Of a DNA stretch of 64,000 bases, positions 31,870 to 42,425 are shown one piece after another. The stretch is from positions 30,599-94,598 of the forward strand of contig CAZBJM010000001.1 in the NCBI GenBank assembly GCA_964492225.1, in the 5' to 3' direction. The notes under the pieces are model-generated. The model did no database searches, was not told the origin of the DNA, and saw only the letters and a program-made list of their open reading frames with translations. Numbering within the stretch: the first letter of the stretch is position 1; the number at the start of each line of letters is the position of its first letter. The DNA is from an uncultured Methanosarcinales archaeon. GTDB lineage: Archaea; Halobacteriota; Methanosarcinia; Methanosarcinales; Methanosarcinaceae. Position numbers and translations under genes: made by a program.

Positions 31870-32778
31870 TCACTTATATGCGGCTCTCAGGAAATCCCTT
31901 TCTGTGATTATCCCTACAAGGACACCCTTATCCATCACAGGCATGGACCCTATATGTTTCTCGAGCATCATTTTAGCAGCTTCACCAATGTTCTTATCTG
32001 GACCTATGCTGATAACTTCCTTTGTTGAAACAATGGTGGCAACAGACTCATCAAAGGCCTCATGGATATTGCCTGTGAAAAGTTTCTCAAAGGCCTTACC
32101 CTTACCTAGGTAATACATGATATCTGATGCTGTGATCAGACCAACAAGCTTTCCATCTTCGATAATAGGAAGTCTTCTGAACCCTCTACTTAACATGAGA
32201 CTTGCTGCTTCACCAATTTTCATTTCATAGGATGCGGTCTCTACACCCTTGCTCATGTATTCATATACTTGCTCATTGGTCCTGTGACCTGCCAGAAAGC
32301 GCATAATGTCCTTTTCAGTGCATATGGCTATGGCCCTGTCATCCTTGTCCACCACAGGCAGACCACTTACGTGGTGCTCACGCATCAATTTTATGGCTTC
32401 GTCAACTGTAGCGGTCTCATTGACGCTTATCACCTTATGTTCCATTATCTCGCGCACAGGAGCATTTATTGCAGAGAACAGGTTACCTTTGTGACCTTCA
32501 ACTATGAACTTACTTTTACTTCCACCACCAAGAAGATCGATGATATCCAATGAGGTGATCATACCCTCAAGCTTCTTTGTACCTCCATGGGCAATAGGGA
32601 TACGCCTGAACCCTTTAGAGGTCATGGTCTTAATGGCCTCGATTATGGGGGTAGTCGGTGACATGGTAAGGACTTCCTTGCTTGCCACTGCCATGATATT
32701 AGCATTATGTCTTGCTGTTGTCTCTTCCCTGGGTTTTACCTCGTTGGAAGCACCTTTTGACTTGTTTGTTTTGCTCAA
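31870..32778 (-). CDS. CBS-domain protein (two CBS pairs) with basic N-terminal tail
   Basis: Four CBS-type repeats (e.g. RRIPI, GLPVVD, RRLPII, SMPVMD cores). Confidence 0.8.
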   Translation of the reverse strand: MSKTNKSKGASNEVKPREETTARHNANIMAVASKEVLTMSPTTPIIEAIKTMTSKGFRRIPIAHGGTKKLEGMITSLDIIDLLGGGSKSKFIVEGHKGNLFSAINAPVREIMEHKVISVNETATVDEAIKLMREHHVSGLPVVDKDDRAIAICTEKDIMRFLAGHRTNEQVYEYMSKGVETASYEMKIGEAASLMLSRGFRRLPIIEDGKLVGLITASDIMYYLGKGKAFEKLFTGNIHEAFDESVATIVSTKEVISIGPDKNIGEAAKMMLEKHIGSMPVMDKGVLVGIITERDFLRAAYK

Positions 32779-33004
32779 TAAATCACCTTTATATTAATCT
32801 CTTAATATAGCTGCTCTATTTAATAAGATTATCCAGGTCCTTGTTAAGGTCCAGTGATCACAGCAGTCAGGACTGCCAAGTGTACATATACATCATGACC
32901 AATCTAAATGATGAGGACAAAACTATTTAAAGCCAGCCCTGTCGTTTAAAGGATTAAAAACATGAACATTAGATGGCATGTTTTGCATGTACAGCATTGT
33001 GGTA

Positions 33005-33200
33005 GAGATCGTCTTATTGAATCATATTTCATCAATTTCTGATCGGACGCTCTTTCTATATTTCAAAACGCGTGCACTTTATAGTCAAACACGGACCCTT
33101 CGCCACATGCGCGCGCGTTTTGATCGGGCAACTCAATTATACTATTGAAGTGGCCGCAAAAATCCAAACCCTTTTATATCTATTGTATCGGTGAATAAAG
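33005..33200 (+). repeat. MITE-like repeat, divergent subfamily, copy F (right end degraded)
   Basis: gagatcgtcttattgaatcatatttcatcaatttctgatc..aaaacgcgtgca..catgcgcgcgcgtttt. Matches the reverse complement of 63652-63860. Confidence 0.7.
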
Positions 33201-33463
33201 TTTTCAAATGGGGGGAGGATATTTGGCTTAAAAGAGGAATGCCTAGCCGCACGCTGTTGGATGCTGCCTCATCTTGTTTTTGTCTCAAAAACAATCAAAT
33301 TGCTTGCTTTCCGACCAGAAAGGTCTGGTCAAAAGAGCTGACATGGTCTCCTGCCGCGCGCGCAGGTGATGGACGGTGTTACTTTATAAATGACGGAGGC
33401 TCGTTCTTCATTTAAAAGACAATTGACTACCGTGCATGGGTCCGCACGGCGGTCATTTGTGGT

Positions 33464-33868
33464 TCATTCTATGTCCCTTATTCCTGTAACCTTTGCCCCT
33501 TTGGCACTGGATGCAACGACTTCAAAATCCTTGAATGCAGCTACACCTGTACCATTGGTATCTTCAGGCACAAGGGCATTGCACCACGGACTGTCCACCA
33601 TGAAGGCAATTCCAGTATGAGCTTCTTCATATCCAGAAAGCATGGCTTTAACAATGACCTTTCCCCAGTTGTTCTTCAGGATGAGCGTATCCCCATCCTT
33701 TATCACCAATTTTGCAATATCCTTAGCATCGAGTCTTACCACTGCAGAAAGATGTTGGTATTCTTCCCCAAAGATAGAGCTCATTTTTGCAGTTTCCTGA
33801 AATGTATCCCGGTGTGTAACTATCCTCAGCTTCAGTTCAGGTGCAGCAAGGAATTGACCAAAACCCAT
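33464..33868 (-). CDS. formylmethanofuran dehydrogenase subunit D-like (molybdopterin dinucleotide-binding barrel)
   Basis: 134 aa. Follows the subunit B gene with a TAATG overlap. Confidence 0.8.
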   Translation of the reverse strand: MGFGQFLAAPELKLRIVTHRDTFQETAKMSSIFGEEYQHLSAVVRLDAKDIAKLVIKDGDTLILKNNWGKVIVKAMLSGYEEAHTGIAFMVDSPWCNALVPEDTNGTGVAAFKDFEVVASSAKGAKVTGIRDIE

Positions 33869-35127
33869 TATAGTGCCTCCCCTATCCTCTTTACTATCTC
33901 TTCATCCGAAAGTAGTTCAGTTTCAACTATCTGCTTTAATCGTACCTCAACACCATCCATACGGATAGCAGTACCACCAGCCTCCACTCCTGTAAGTGCA
34001 CAGGGTAAGCTCACGGTGGCCTTTTCATAAGTAAGGGTCCGATCATGGTCAATGACCACAAGTGGAATTTCTCCTAGGTACCTGGCGATAGAGCGTGGGA
34101 AGCTTGAGAAGGGGTCAGCCCCGATGATCAATGCCGCATCCACTGTTCTTTGCCTTAAGACCTCCAATACAGAACATTCCGGACCATGGGATAATTCCTG
34201 TCCATTGAACCTGACCCGATCGATATGACCGGTATCAGAGAAGAGCTTCTTATTGAAGCCACGCATGTTATAATGTCCTATCATTGGGATAAGATGGAAA
34301 TTGGATACAGAATTAAGCTTGTCCATAAGTCTGAAAAGAGTTTCATTCTCCTCCAGGGAATAGACCATTCCAAGACCTGCAAAGATCACACCGAACTTTG
34401 CCTTCTTCAATATGTTTGCAAGTTCTATCAGGCGTTTTGTATCAAAACCATAGGATGTCTTTGGTACCTTACCTGAAAGTGCACTCACCAATGCGTCCAT
34501 GAATTCAGTATCCCCTTTTACCGGGATCTGGTAGAATCCATTCTTTTTACATACTGCTGCTGTATCCGACCTTCGAACATCGATACAAATAGCAGTGCGG
34601 TCCTCCTCCCAGCCCCGCTGGCGCTCCTTGCCCCTGGGGAAATATGAATAACGCGACATATGCCTGGGATGTGAGTTAGCCGGGTCTGCACCCCAGAATA
34701 CGATCACGTCTGCCTTGTGGCGTACATCATCAAGGGTACATGTCTTTAACCTTTCATCAAAGAGAGCTTGCACCAGGGGCCCATGACCGAAGGATGAGAC
34801 ATCATCAATTACTCCATTGGTCCTTCTGGCAAGGTCGATTATCCTCTGCTGTGCCTCAGAGCTCGAGTTTGCATGACCAAATATTAGAGGGCTTTTTGCA
34901 TTTTTAAGTATATGGGCAGCTTCCTTTATGGCTGTCTCCACGTCTGAGACCTTACCATGCACCCTGCATTCCAAGGTATCTTTGCTACCCTTCATGAATG
35001 CTACACCTTTTCTGCATGCAGTGTGGACCTTTGTCAGCTCAGTACCTTCTACCTCCACACAGATATCATCACAAAGAAGCGCACAGCCTGTGCATACATA
35101 TTGCTCCTTGTCCATTTCATCCTCCAT
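33868..35127 (-). CDS. formylmethanofuran dehydrogenase subunit B-like (molybdopterin oxidoreductase)
   Basis: N-terminal CTGCALLCDD Fe-S motif and a molybdopterin oxidoreductase fold. Paralogous to 42801-44123. Confidence 0.85.
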   Translation of the reverse strand: MEDEMDKEQYVCTGCALLCDDICVEVEGTELTKVHTACRKGVAFMKGSKDTLECRVHGKVSDVETAIKEAAHILKNAKSPLIFGHANSSSEAQQRIIDLARRTNGVIDDVSSFGHGPLVQALFDERLKTCTLDDVRHKADVIVFWGADPANSHPRHMSRYSYFPRGKERQRGWEEDRTAICIDVRRSDTAAVCKKNGFYQIPVKGDTEFMDALVSALSGKVPKTSYGFDTKRLIELANILKKAKFGVIFAGLGMVYSLEENETLFRLMDKLNSVSNFHLIPMIGHYNMRGFNKKLFSDTGHIDRVRFNGQELSHGPECSVLEVLRQRTVDAALIIGADPFSSFPRSIARYLGEIPLVVIDHDRTLTYEKATVSLPCALTGVEAGGTAIRMDGVEVRLKQIVETELLSDEEIVKRIGEAL

Positions 35128-35172
35128 TTCTATCCTTTCCTATAAAAAAGAGCCTTGTCCAGTACAGGGCGC

Positions 35173-35634
35173 TCATACGAACTCTATTGCCTTTGTCGGG
35201 CAGGTATCGATACAGGCAACACAAAGTATCCTGTTTGCACCAAAGCGCCGGCATTCCTTCACATTTACAGCCCTGACAATGCCATCTTCTACACTAAATA
35301 TCACCTTATCACTGGTTGGAGCCTTCCCGCTACCTGCGCCCAGGGGGTCTGCTGCCACATTCACAGGACATGCCACTACACAATTGCCACAACCGATGCA
35401 CTTCTCCTCATGCACGATCAACCCTGTCTCTGTGACATCACCCACGGGAGTGAACATCCCCGAAAGCTTCTGGTGATTGCTCTTGTATCTTTCCTCCCTG
35501 ACAAGAGGGATACATTCTCCTACTTGGACCTTGCGGGACAGAAGTTCAACTGCAAAGACCATACAGGTACTTTTACCACACTCTTTGCAATTTGTCTTTG
35601 GTAACAACTGATATATTTCCATTACATTTGCCAT
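35173..35634 (-). CDS. 2x[4Fe-4S] ferredoxin with N-terminal RnfB/CdhE-type Fe-S motif (FwdG-like position)
   Basis: LLPKTNCKECGKSTC plus CIGCGNCVVACP and CVACIDTCP. ATG 35634 preceded by GGAGA is preferred over GTG 35646. Confidence 0.7.
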   Translation of the reverse strand: MANVMEIYQLLPKTNCKECGKSTCMVFAVELLSRKVQVGECIPLVREERYKSNHQKLSGMFTPVGDVTETGLIVHEEKCIGCGNCVVACPVNVAADPLGAGSGKAPTSDKVIFSVEDGIVRAVNVKECRRFGANRILCVACIDTCPTKAIEFV

Positions 35635-35667
35635 GTCTTTCTCCACGGTGGGTCTTATCCCACGATA

Positions 35668-35946
35668 TCAGGGACCGAAGAACAAAGAACAATGGCAGCT
35701 ACCATTCTCCTTTATCTCTTCATGATGATAGGCACAGGGACATATGATCTTGCGGTCATGTTCTGGGTCACCAGTGACTATACGACAGGGGCAATATCGC
35801 TTTCCTGTCTCCTCAGTGTTCTTTGCAAGCCCTCCTATAACGAGCTGTAGCATCTCAGCATCAGGATTCAATTTATAGCCATTCTTTGCTGCATACGCTT
35901 CAGCCCATGCATATGTTCTATCCATAATGGATCTGGTGTCCGTCAT
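35668..35946 (-). CDS. ferredoxin:thioredoxin reductase catalytic-subunit-like protein
   Basis: CPCR..CPC..CHC motif set. Start moved to ATG 35946, which has AAGGAG 6 nt upstream. Confidence 0.7.
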   Translation of the reverse strand: MTDTRSIMDRTYAWAEAYAAKNGYKLNPDAEMLQLVIGGLAKNTEETGKRYCPCRIVTGDPEHDRKIICPCAYHHEEIKENGSCHCSLFFGP

Positions 35947-36060
35947 AAAAGTCTCCTTCATCAACCCTATATAAACATTTGACTTTGGATGTATATTACT
36001 TAATTACATTAATCTATTTTCCTCAAAAAAAATGGAAAATAAAGAAATGCCCCTTTGCTA

Positions 36061-36399
36061 TCAAAGCATCCTTGTGTGTTCGATAGGACGAGGCACCTTT
36101 ACAACGAGAAAGCGAAAAGTGCTCTTGCCTTCATTCATCAGCCGATGTGGTATCTTTGCAGGGCTCTCAACAAGCATGTCCCTTGAGACCGCATGTTGCT
36201 CCTCTCCTATCTCAACGATACCCTCGCCTTCCAGCACATAGAAAAAGACATCGACAGGTGTCACATGCTTTTTGAGCTTCTCCCCGGGTTTGAGTTCTAT
36301 GTGCATCACTTGGGCATTTTCATTATCATAGAGTCTTTTTACTGACACACCATGAGGGTTCTCTCTATCCTGCTCATTGACAAAAGATGTTATCTTCAT
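36061..36399 (-). CDS. cupin-domain protein
   Basis: 112 aa with a single cupin barrel (GEKLKKHVTPVDVFFYVLEGEG). Confidence 0.65.
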   Translation of the reverse strand: MKITSFVNEQDRENPHGVSVKRLYDNENAQVMHIELKPGEKLKKHVTPVDVFFYVLEGEGIVEIGEEQHAVSRDMLVESPAKIPHRLMNEGKSTFRFLVVKVPRPIEHTRML

Positions 36400-36487
36400 A
36401 TATGTTTGCTCCTATTGAATTATAGCCGTACCCATGTGCTCTGACAGGGTACAGCTCCCAAATCGTTAAACTTTGTTCAAATGTCGT

Positions 36488-38122
36488 TCAAAGAAGGACC
36501 TTGAGGTCTTCTTCAACTGTTGAGTTTGGCATTATATTGAAATTGTCTACCAATACCTTTAGCACGTTTGGAGATACAAATGCAGGTAATGTTGGCCCCA
36601 GCATAATGTTCCTTACTCCAAGGCTCAGCAGTGCAAGCAGAACGAGTACTGCCTTTTGCTCATACCAGGCAATGTTATAGGACACTGGAAGTTCATTGAT
36701 GTCCTTAAGACCAAAGGCTTGCGCTAGTTTTTGTGCTATCAGCACCAATGAATATGAATCATTGCACTGGCCAGCATCAAGGACCCGCGGGATACCTCCT
36801 ATATTACCAAGGTCAAGCTTGTTGTATCTGTATTTTGCACAACCCGCCGTAAGGATCACAGTATCATCCGGAAGTGCCCGGGCGAATTCATTGTAATAGG
36901 TCCGCTCCTTATGTCTTCCATCACAACCTGCCATAACAACGAACCTGCGTATATGGCCTCCTTTGATGGCCTCGATGATCTTATCCGCGACCGAGAGCAC
37001 AGCAACATGTGCAAAGCCACCCATTATACTACCTTCATCCAGTTGCTTGGGTGCTTGGCATATCTTTGCCTGCTCTATCATGGCTGAGAAGTCCTTTGTA
37101 CCATCATCGTTTGCATCAATATGGACAAGCCCATCAAAACCAGCAACACCTGTCGTATATATCCTGTTAGCGTAAGAGCTTTTGGGAGCTACGATGCAAT
37201 TTGTGGTCATAAGTATGGGTCCGTTGAACATCTCAAACTCCTCTTTCTGCAACCACCACGCGCTACCATAGTTTCCCACAAGGTTGTCATATTCCTTGAA
37301 TGCAGGATAGGAGTTTGCAGGCAACATCTCCCCATGCGTATATACATCCACACCTGTACCTTTTGTCTGCTCAAGGAGCTGGGCAAGGTCATGCAGGTCA
37401 TGACCACTTATGAGTATTCCTGGATTGTTTCGGACCCCAATATTGACCGAAGTAGGTTCAGGATGCCCGTATGTGGATGTATTGGCCTTATCAAGCAGTG
37501 CAAGTGTATCCACTCCCACAGATCCACATTCCAGTACAAGTGAGATGAGTTCACTTTGACCTAGTTTGTCATCCATTGTATCCAGCAAAGCCTTCTCAAT
37601 GAAAAGATCTATCTTCTCATCACGATATCCCAGGACGCTGGCATGGTGAGCGTATGCTGCCATTCCTTTGAGCCCATATGTAATTAATGCCCTCAGAGAA
37701 CGAATATCCTCATTTTCAGTTGCTAGTACACCAGTGTCTACCTTGTCCAAGTCTTCCTTAGTAAGGTTTTCCATGACCCAGGAAGGAAGGGCTGAAGGAC
37801 CATTTTTATGGGGCAAGCATTCACGGTCAATTGTCTTTTTAATATCCTTTGCAAGCTTAAGGCCCTCAGTGATGAGCTCCCCTATATTGTCGCTACTGAA
37901 GTTGGTGTTGGTGATAGTGGCAAAAAGCCCGTCAAGGATAAAGTCCCCGCTTTCCTGAACCTTGATGCCGTATGACCTTGCCTTTGAACTATAGAATGCT
38001 ATGTTCTTCAGCACATAGATGAGGTCATCCTGAAGGTCGGCAACTTCTCCTTTCTTTCCACAGATGCCATTCCTTGTGCACCCGCTCCCATTTAAGGTTT
38101 CTTCGCATTGGTAACAGAACAT
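36488..38122 (-). CDS. hcp: hybrid-cluster protein / hydroxylamine reductase
   Basis: N-terminal [23 protein letters not shown] Cys cluster. 544 aa, typical Hcp layout. Confidence 0.9.
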   Translation of the reverse strand: MFCYQCEETLNGSGCTRNGICGKKGEVADLQDDLIYVLKNIAFYSSKARSYGIKVQESGDFILDGLFATITNTNFSSDNIGELITEGLKLAKDIKKTIDRECLPHKNGPSALPSWVMENLTKEDLDKVDTGVLATENEDIRSLRALITYGLKGMAAYAHHASVLGYRDEKIDLFIEKALLDTMDDKLGQSELISLVLECGSVGVDTLALLDKANTSTYGHPEPTSVNIGVRNNPGILISGHDLHDLAQLLEQTKGTGVDVYTHGEMLPANSYPAFKEYDNLVGNYGSAWWLQKEEFEMFNGPILMTTNCIVAPKSSYANRIYTTGVAGFDGLVHIDANDDGTKDFSAMIEQAKICQAPKQLDEGSIMGGFAHVAVLSVADKIIEAIKGGHIRRFVVMAGCDGRHKERTYYNEFARALPDDTVILTAGCAKYRYNKLDLGNIGGIPRVLDAGQCNDSYSLVLIAQKLAQAFGLKDINELPVSYNIAWYEQKAVLVLLALLSLGVRNIMLGPTLPAFVSPNVLKVLVDNFNIMPNSTVEEDLKVLL

Positions 38123-38273
38123 TGGTATACACTTCCTTTACAAGTATCTTTTTAATACTTATTTCCTAGATGCGTTTTTTATATATATACAAACCAGTTT
38201 CCAACCAGATACCCCTCAATCCAAAACATATATCTTCCACTAGGTCATCCTTCCTGCAAAGGAAGCCACTAAA

Positions 38274-40628
38274 ATGCGTATTGGAGTATACATCTGCCAC
38301 TGTGGACTAAACATTGCCCATACTATCAATGTCAGTTCCCTTAAGGAGAAAGCTGGTGACTTTGACGATGTTATCGTTGCCAAGGACATGCAGTTCATGT
38401 GCTCAGACTCCGGTCAGGAAGCTATCATCGGAGATATAAAAGAAAACAGGCTTGACAGGATACTTGTAGCTGCCTGCTCACCTCATTTGCATGAACCAAC
38501 CTTTAAGAGAGTGCTTTCAAAGGCCGGGCTCAATCCATTCATGTTTGAAATGGCAAACATACGGGAGCAGTGCTCATGGGTGCATCAGGAACAATCACAG
38601 CTGGCAACCCAGAAAGCCCTGGACCTTATAAGGATGGGATTGGCCAGATTAAGGCAACTTGACCCCCTGCAGGTCAAGAAGGTCCCGATCATAAAAGATG
38701 TGCTTGTAATAGGTGGAGGTGTTGCAGGTATCGAGGCGGCACTTACCCTTGCAGATTCAGGATATCATGTGCATATGGTGGAAAAGGAACCAACCATTGG
38801 AGGGAAGATGGCACTGCTAAACGAGGTCTTTCCAACCAACGATTGTTCCATATGTGTGCTGGCCCCAAAGATGACAGATGTGCAAAACCACCCAGGCATC
38901 AGTCTTATCACAATGGGTGAGGTCAGTGAGCTAAGTGGTTCAGTGGGCAATTTCCAGGTCAAGGTAAAAAAAAGGCCCAGATACGTGATAGAGAGCAAAT
39001 GTAAAGGTTGTGTGGATGAGTGTGGGCGTGTCTGTCCCATAGATATAGCAAACAGATTCGATTGCGGGCTTGGAAAGACAAAGGCCATCAATATGCCCAT
39101 CCCCCAAGCAGTCCCTCAGGTAGTCTACATCGACCCTGATTTCTGTATAGGCTGTGGTCTGTGTCAACAGGCATGTCCGGCAGATGCGATTGATTATACC
39201 CAGAAGGAGGAGATGATCGATATTGAAGTAGGCGCTATCATCCTGGCAACTGGATACAGTCATTTCGATGCTAGGCGCAAACCCGAATATGGTTATGGGA
39301 TATATCCGGATGTCATTACTAATATGGAACTTGAGCGTCTGCTCAATGCCGCAGGTCCTACCAAGGGAAGACCCGTTGTACCCTCTACCGGTCAAATTCC
39401 CAAAAAAGTAGTCTTTATCCAGTGTGTAGGTTCAAGGGACGAAAAGGTAGGCAATCCATATTGTTCCAGGATATGTTGCATGGCAAGTATGAAGAATGCC
39501 CAATTGCTCAAAGAACGCTATCATGATATGGACATCAGTATCCACTACATTGACATCCGTGCAGCCGGTGAGATGTATGAGGAATACTATATGCGTACAC
39601 AGTCCATGGGCATCGACTTCGTTCGGGGCAGGGTAGCAGAGGTTATGCGGAACCTTGATGGCCGATTATACTTGCGCTATGAGGATACACTGGCTGCGGA
39701 GATCCATGAGGAAGCATGCGACCTTGTGGTATTATCAACGGGCTTTGAGAATGTGCCCGAGGCTGACAAGCTTTCAAGGGTGTTGAACCTTTCCAGACGC
39801 CCTGACCGTTTCTTCTCTATAGCCCACCCCAAGATGAAGCCGGTGGATTCTCATGTAAGAGGCATATATATAGCCGGTTGTGCCTCAGGACCAAAGGAGA
39901 TACAGGTATCCATAGCCCAAGGCAGTGCTGCAGCAGCAAAGGCAATGCAACTCCTCTCCAAGGGAGAGATAGAAGCTGACCCACTCAGTGCACATGTGGT
40001 GCCCGATGCCTGTATCGGATGTGGTATATGTGCCAATGTATGTGAGTTCAAGAAAATAGAAATGATAGCACACAAGGCAGTGGTGGATGAATTATCGTGT
40101 ATGGGTTGTGGTGCATGCAGTGCTGCTTGTCCCACCGACGCCATCACAATGAACAACAGTACAGATGCTCAGATAATGGCCCAGATCCATGCAGCTACAG
40201 AGATCAGGTCAGAGTTCCCCTACATCGTTGCCTTCCTGTGCAATTGGTGTAGTTATACCTGTGCGGATCTGGCGGGTACCTCCAGGATACAATATCCCAC
40301 AAATATCAGGACCATCAGGGTTGCCTGTGCAGGACGCGTCGATCCTTCCTTTGTGCTTGAGGCATTGGGAAGGGGAGCCGATGGCGTGCTAGTTGCCGGA
40401 TGTCGCCTGGGTGAATGTCATTATGTGTTTGCGAACTATAATGCCAAACACAGGATGGAAGCCCTTCATGAAATGCTGGGTGAGGCGGGTATTGACCCTG
40501 GTCGTCTGCGTGTTGAGTGGATATCCGCGGCTGAGGGTGAAAGGTTTGCCGACTCCATCAAGAGCTTTGTGGAATACCTTGAAAGGATAGGTCCCATCGG
40601 CTCAGAACTACAGGGGGATAGGCAATGA
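38274..40628 (+). CDS. hdrA: heterodisulfide reductase subunit A fused to an MvhD-like domain
   Basis: MRIGVYICHCG start, FAD motif VIGGGVAGIEAAL, several CxxCxxCxxxCP motifs. The C-terminal FLCNWCSY...AGCRLGECHY is MvhD/FlpD-like. Confidence 0.88.
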   Translation: MRIGVYICHCGLNIAHTINVSSLKEKAGDFDDVIVAKDMQFMCSDSGQEAIIGDIKENRLDRILVAACSPHLHEPTFKRVLSKAGLNPFMFEMANIREQCSWVHQEQSQLATQKALDLIRMGLARLRQLDPLQVKKVPIIKDVLVIGGGVAGIEAALTLADSGYHVHMVEKEPTIGGKMALLNEVFPTNDCSICVLAPKMTDVQNHPGISLITMGEVSELSGSVGNFQVKVKKRPRYVIESKCKGCVDECGRVCPIDIANRFDCGLGKTKAINMPIPQAVPQVVYIDPDFCIGCGLCQQACPADAIDYTQKEEMIDIEVGAIILATGYSHFDARRKPEYGYGIYPDVITNMELERLLNAAGPTKGRPVVPSTGQIPKKVVFIQCVGSRDEKVGNPYCSRICCMASMKNAQLLKERYHDMDISIHYIDIRAAGEMYEEYYMRTQSMGIDFVRGRVAEVMRNLDGRLYLRYEDTLAAEIHEEACDLVVLSTGFENVPEADKLSRVLNLSRRPDRFFSIAHPKMKPVDSHVRGIYIAGCASGPKEIQVSIAQGSAAAAKAMQLLSKGEIEADPLSAHVVPDACIGCGICANVCEFKKIEMIAHKAVVDELSCMGCGACSAACPTDAITMNNSTDAQIMAQIHAATEIRSEFPYIVAFLCNWCSYTCADLAGTSRIQYPTNIRTIRVACAGRVDPSFVLEALGRGADGVLVAGCRLGECHYVFANYNAKHRMEALHEMLGEAGIDPGRLRVEWISAAEGERFADSIKSFVEYLERIGPIGSELQGDRQ

Positions 40629-41920
40629 GCTCAGTAGAAGAGGGGCGCAACTTCCAGGTATCTCGGGATATGGATGTCAATGGACATTGTTTTGTATTCC
40701 GTCAGATGACCGACAGAACGGTAAAGCTCCTTGAATATGATTATAAACGCTGCGTTGGATGTGGCATATGTGTTGGGATTTGCCCCACAAAGGCTCTCGA
40801 GCTTGGGCCTATCAAGGAGATAGCTACTGGTCTTGATGCACCTCCTGTGATGATGGACCTTGAGAAATGCACATTTTGTTCCATGTGTGCAAGCTTCTGC
40901 CCTCTTGATGCCTTCAGGATGAGCTCTCAAGGTGATATTGCTGAGAAGATGCCTGAACTTGAGACATATGTCCGCATGAACGAAAAATGTCTTCCCTGTG
41001 CCATATGTGCTGCAGCGTGCCCCAAAGAGGCCATAGACCTCGTTTTCACCTTCCAGAAAAAAGAGGAGATAGCTCCCTTCCTGGCAAAGGAGGAAAGGGG
41101 ATTTGAAGGTGAGATCGCTATCGATACAGAGAAATGCAACCTATGTGGCATATGTGCAGAGTTCTGTGATGCCTTCCTTCTGGTTGGCAAAGAGATGAAG
41201 CCCGATAGTCCAAACCCGTTTGAGCTTTTGCTGGTGGACGAGGATAAATGCGACTACTGTGTGCTGTGTCAGGATATCTGCCCTGAAGAGGCTATCCTTG
41301 TCAAGGGGGAAAGAAGAGGGGAGGCACCAGTACCTGAGGGACACCTTAGGGTGGATGAGCAAAAATGCACACGATGCACATGGTGTCAGGTCCTATGCCC
41401 ATATGAGGCTGTGGACATTAAAAAACCCTTTGCAGGGGAGATAAAGCTCAAGAGTGCAAATATCAGTGCATGTGACCCCCAGGGTTGCCATGCATGTTTC
41501 AATATATGTCCCTCAAAGCTCTGGTATGTGCCACAGGACAGTGATGCAAAGATAGCCATAATGGAGAGCTATTGTACCTATTGTGGTGCCTGTGTCAATG
41601 CATGTCCAAAAGATGTGATGGAGGTCTTACGTACCGATGTATCACATACTGTTATACCCGATGCGCCCTGGGCTTACCAATGGAAGGATGCTGTCAATGC
41701 GATAAAAACAGGCAAGCGCCAATATCCTGATACTTCCCGGACCCTTGCTATTGATAATGAGGTACCAGCAGGGTATGTTGAAGTTACGATGCCTGATATC
41801 GATCCATCATATCTGGAAGCTGCAAAGAAGCGCCTGGAAGATGTAGGGAAGCAGCTCATGCGTCCCAAGTATAGAAAGGATGTAGAAGCGAGGAGCGCTG
41901 GTCCGCAGACGAAGGAATGA
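40625..41920 (+). CDS. polyferredoxin (FwdF/MvhB-like, many 4Fe-4S motifs)
   Basis: About ten CxxCxxCxxxCP-type motifs. The start overlaps the hdrA stop (ATGA). Confidence 0.85.
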   Translation: MSSVEEGRNFQVSRDMDVNGHCFVFRQMTDRTVKLLEYDYKRCVGCGICVGICPTKALELGPIKEIATGLDAPPVMMDLEKCTFCSMCASFCPLDAFRMSSQGDIAEKMPELETYVRMNEKCLPCAICAAACPKEAIDLVFTFQKKEEIAPFLAKEERGFEGEIAIDTEKCNLCGICAEFCDAFLLVGKEMKPDSPNPFELLLVDEDKCDYCVLCQDICPEEAILVKGERRGEAPVPEGHLRVDEQKCTRCTWCQVLCPYEAVDIKKPFAGEIKLKSANISACDPQGCHACFNICPSKLWYVPQDSDAKIAIMESYCTYCGACVNACPKDVMEVLRTDVSHTVIPDAPWAYQWKDAVNAIKTGKRQYPDTSRTLAIDNEVPAGYVEVTMPDIDPSYLEAAKKRLEDVGKQLMRPKYRKDVEARSAGPQTKE

Positions 41921-42036
41921 GTGTTCTTTTGATGCAATGATAATTGCAACATATGCATGATACTTGCCAGTGTATTCTAAAACAGACCGAAGCGTCTAAA
42001 CTAGAAAACATATCAACAATGGCAGTACCTGATAAT

Positions 42037-42277
42037 GAGCTTGTCTGATCAAAATTTTGCTTTATATCCTTATAGCTTTTTTTAAGAAGCATACTCCATT
42101 TTAACGTTAATTCCTATAAACTGTCCGCTCCTCGGGAAGAACGCGCGCGATTGGCGGGGAGCCGGGGGTTGGACTGCAAAAAGGGGCCGCGTCTTTCGTT
42201 TTAGACCTAGCATGTGTTTATTGTTAACTGATCATCTTATCAAAAATGGAGAAATATGAGCTAATTAGACAACCACG
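42037..42277 (-). repeat. MITE-like repeat, copy D (full length, 241 bp, more diverged) with 5-bp target-site duplication
   Basis: Flanked on the plus strand by ATAAT at 42032-42036 and 42278-42282. Reverse complement aligns with copies B and E end to end. Confidence 0.85.
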
Positions 42278-42425
42278 ATAATGATGTGTCCTATCCATAC
42301 TAAGTCTTATATATAGGAATACTAAACACATACCGTTATGTTTTTAAAACCATATCAGTATTGATGCTACATAATTGCTAAATAAAAGATTTCCACAGTC
42401 TGGAGGGATGTAAATTAAACTAAAA

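Noticed and set aside
33191-33415. 74-aa ORF downstream of repeat copy F; likewise 63690-63956 (88 aa) over copy G and 3997-4272 (91 aa) over the degenerate fragment
   Set aside because: They lie in repeat or intergenic sequence, have atypical composition, and their reading frames are not preserved between homologous repeat copies.
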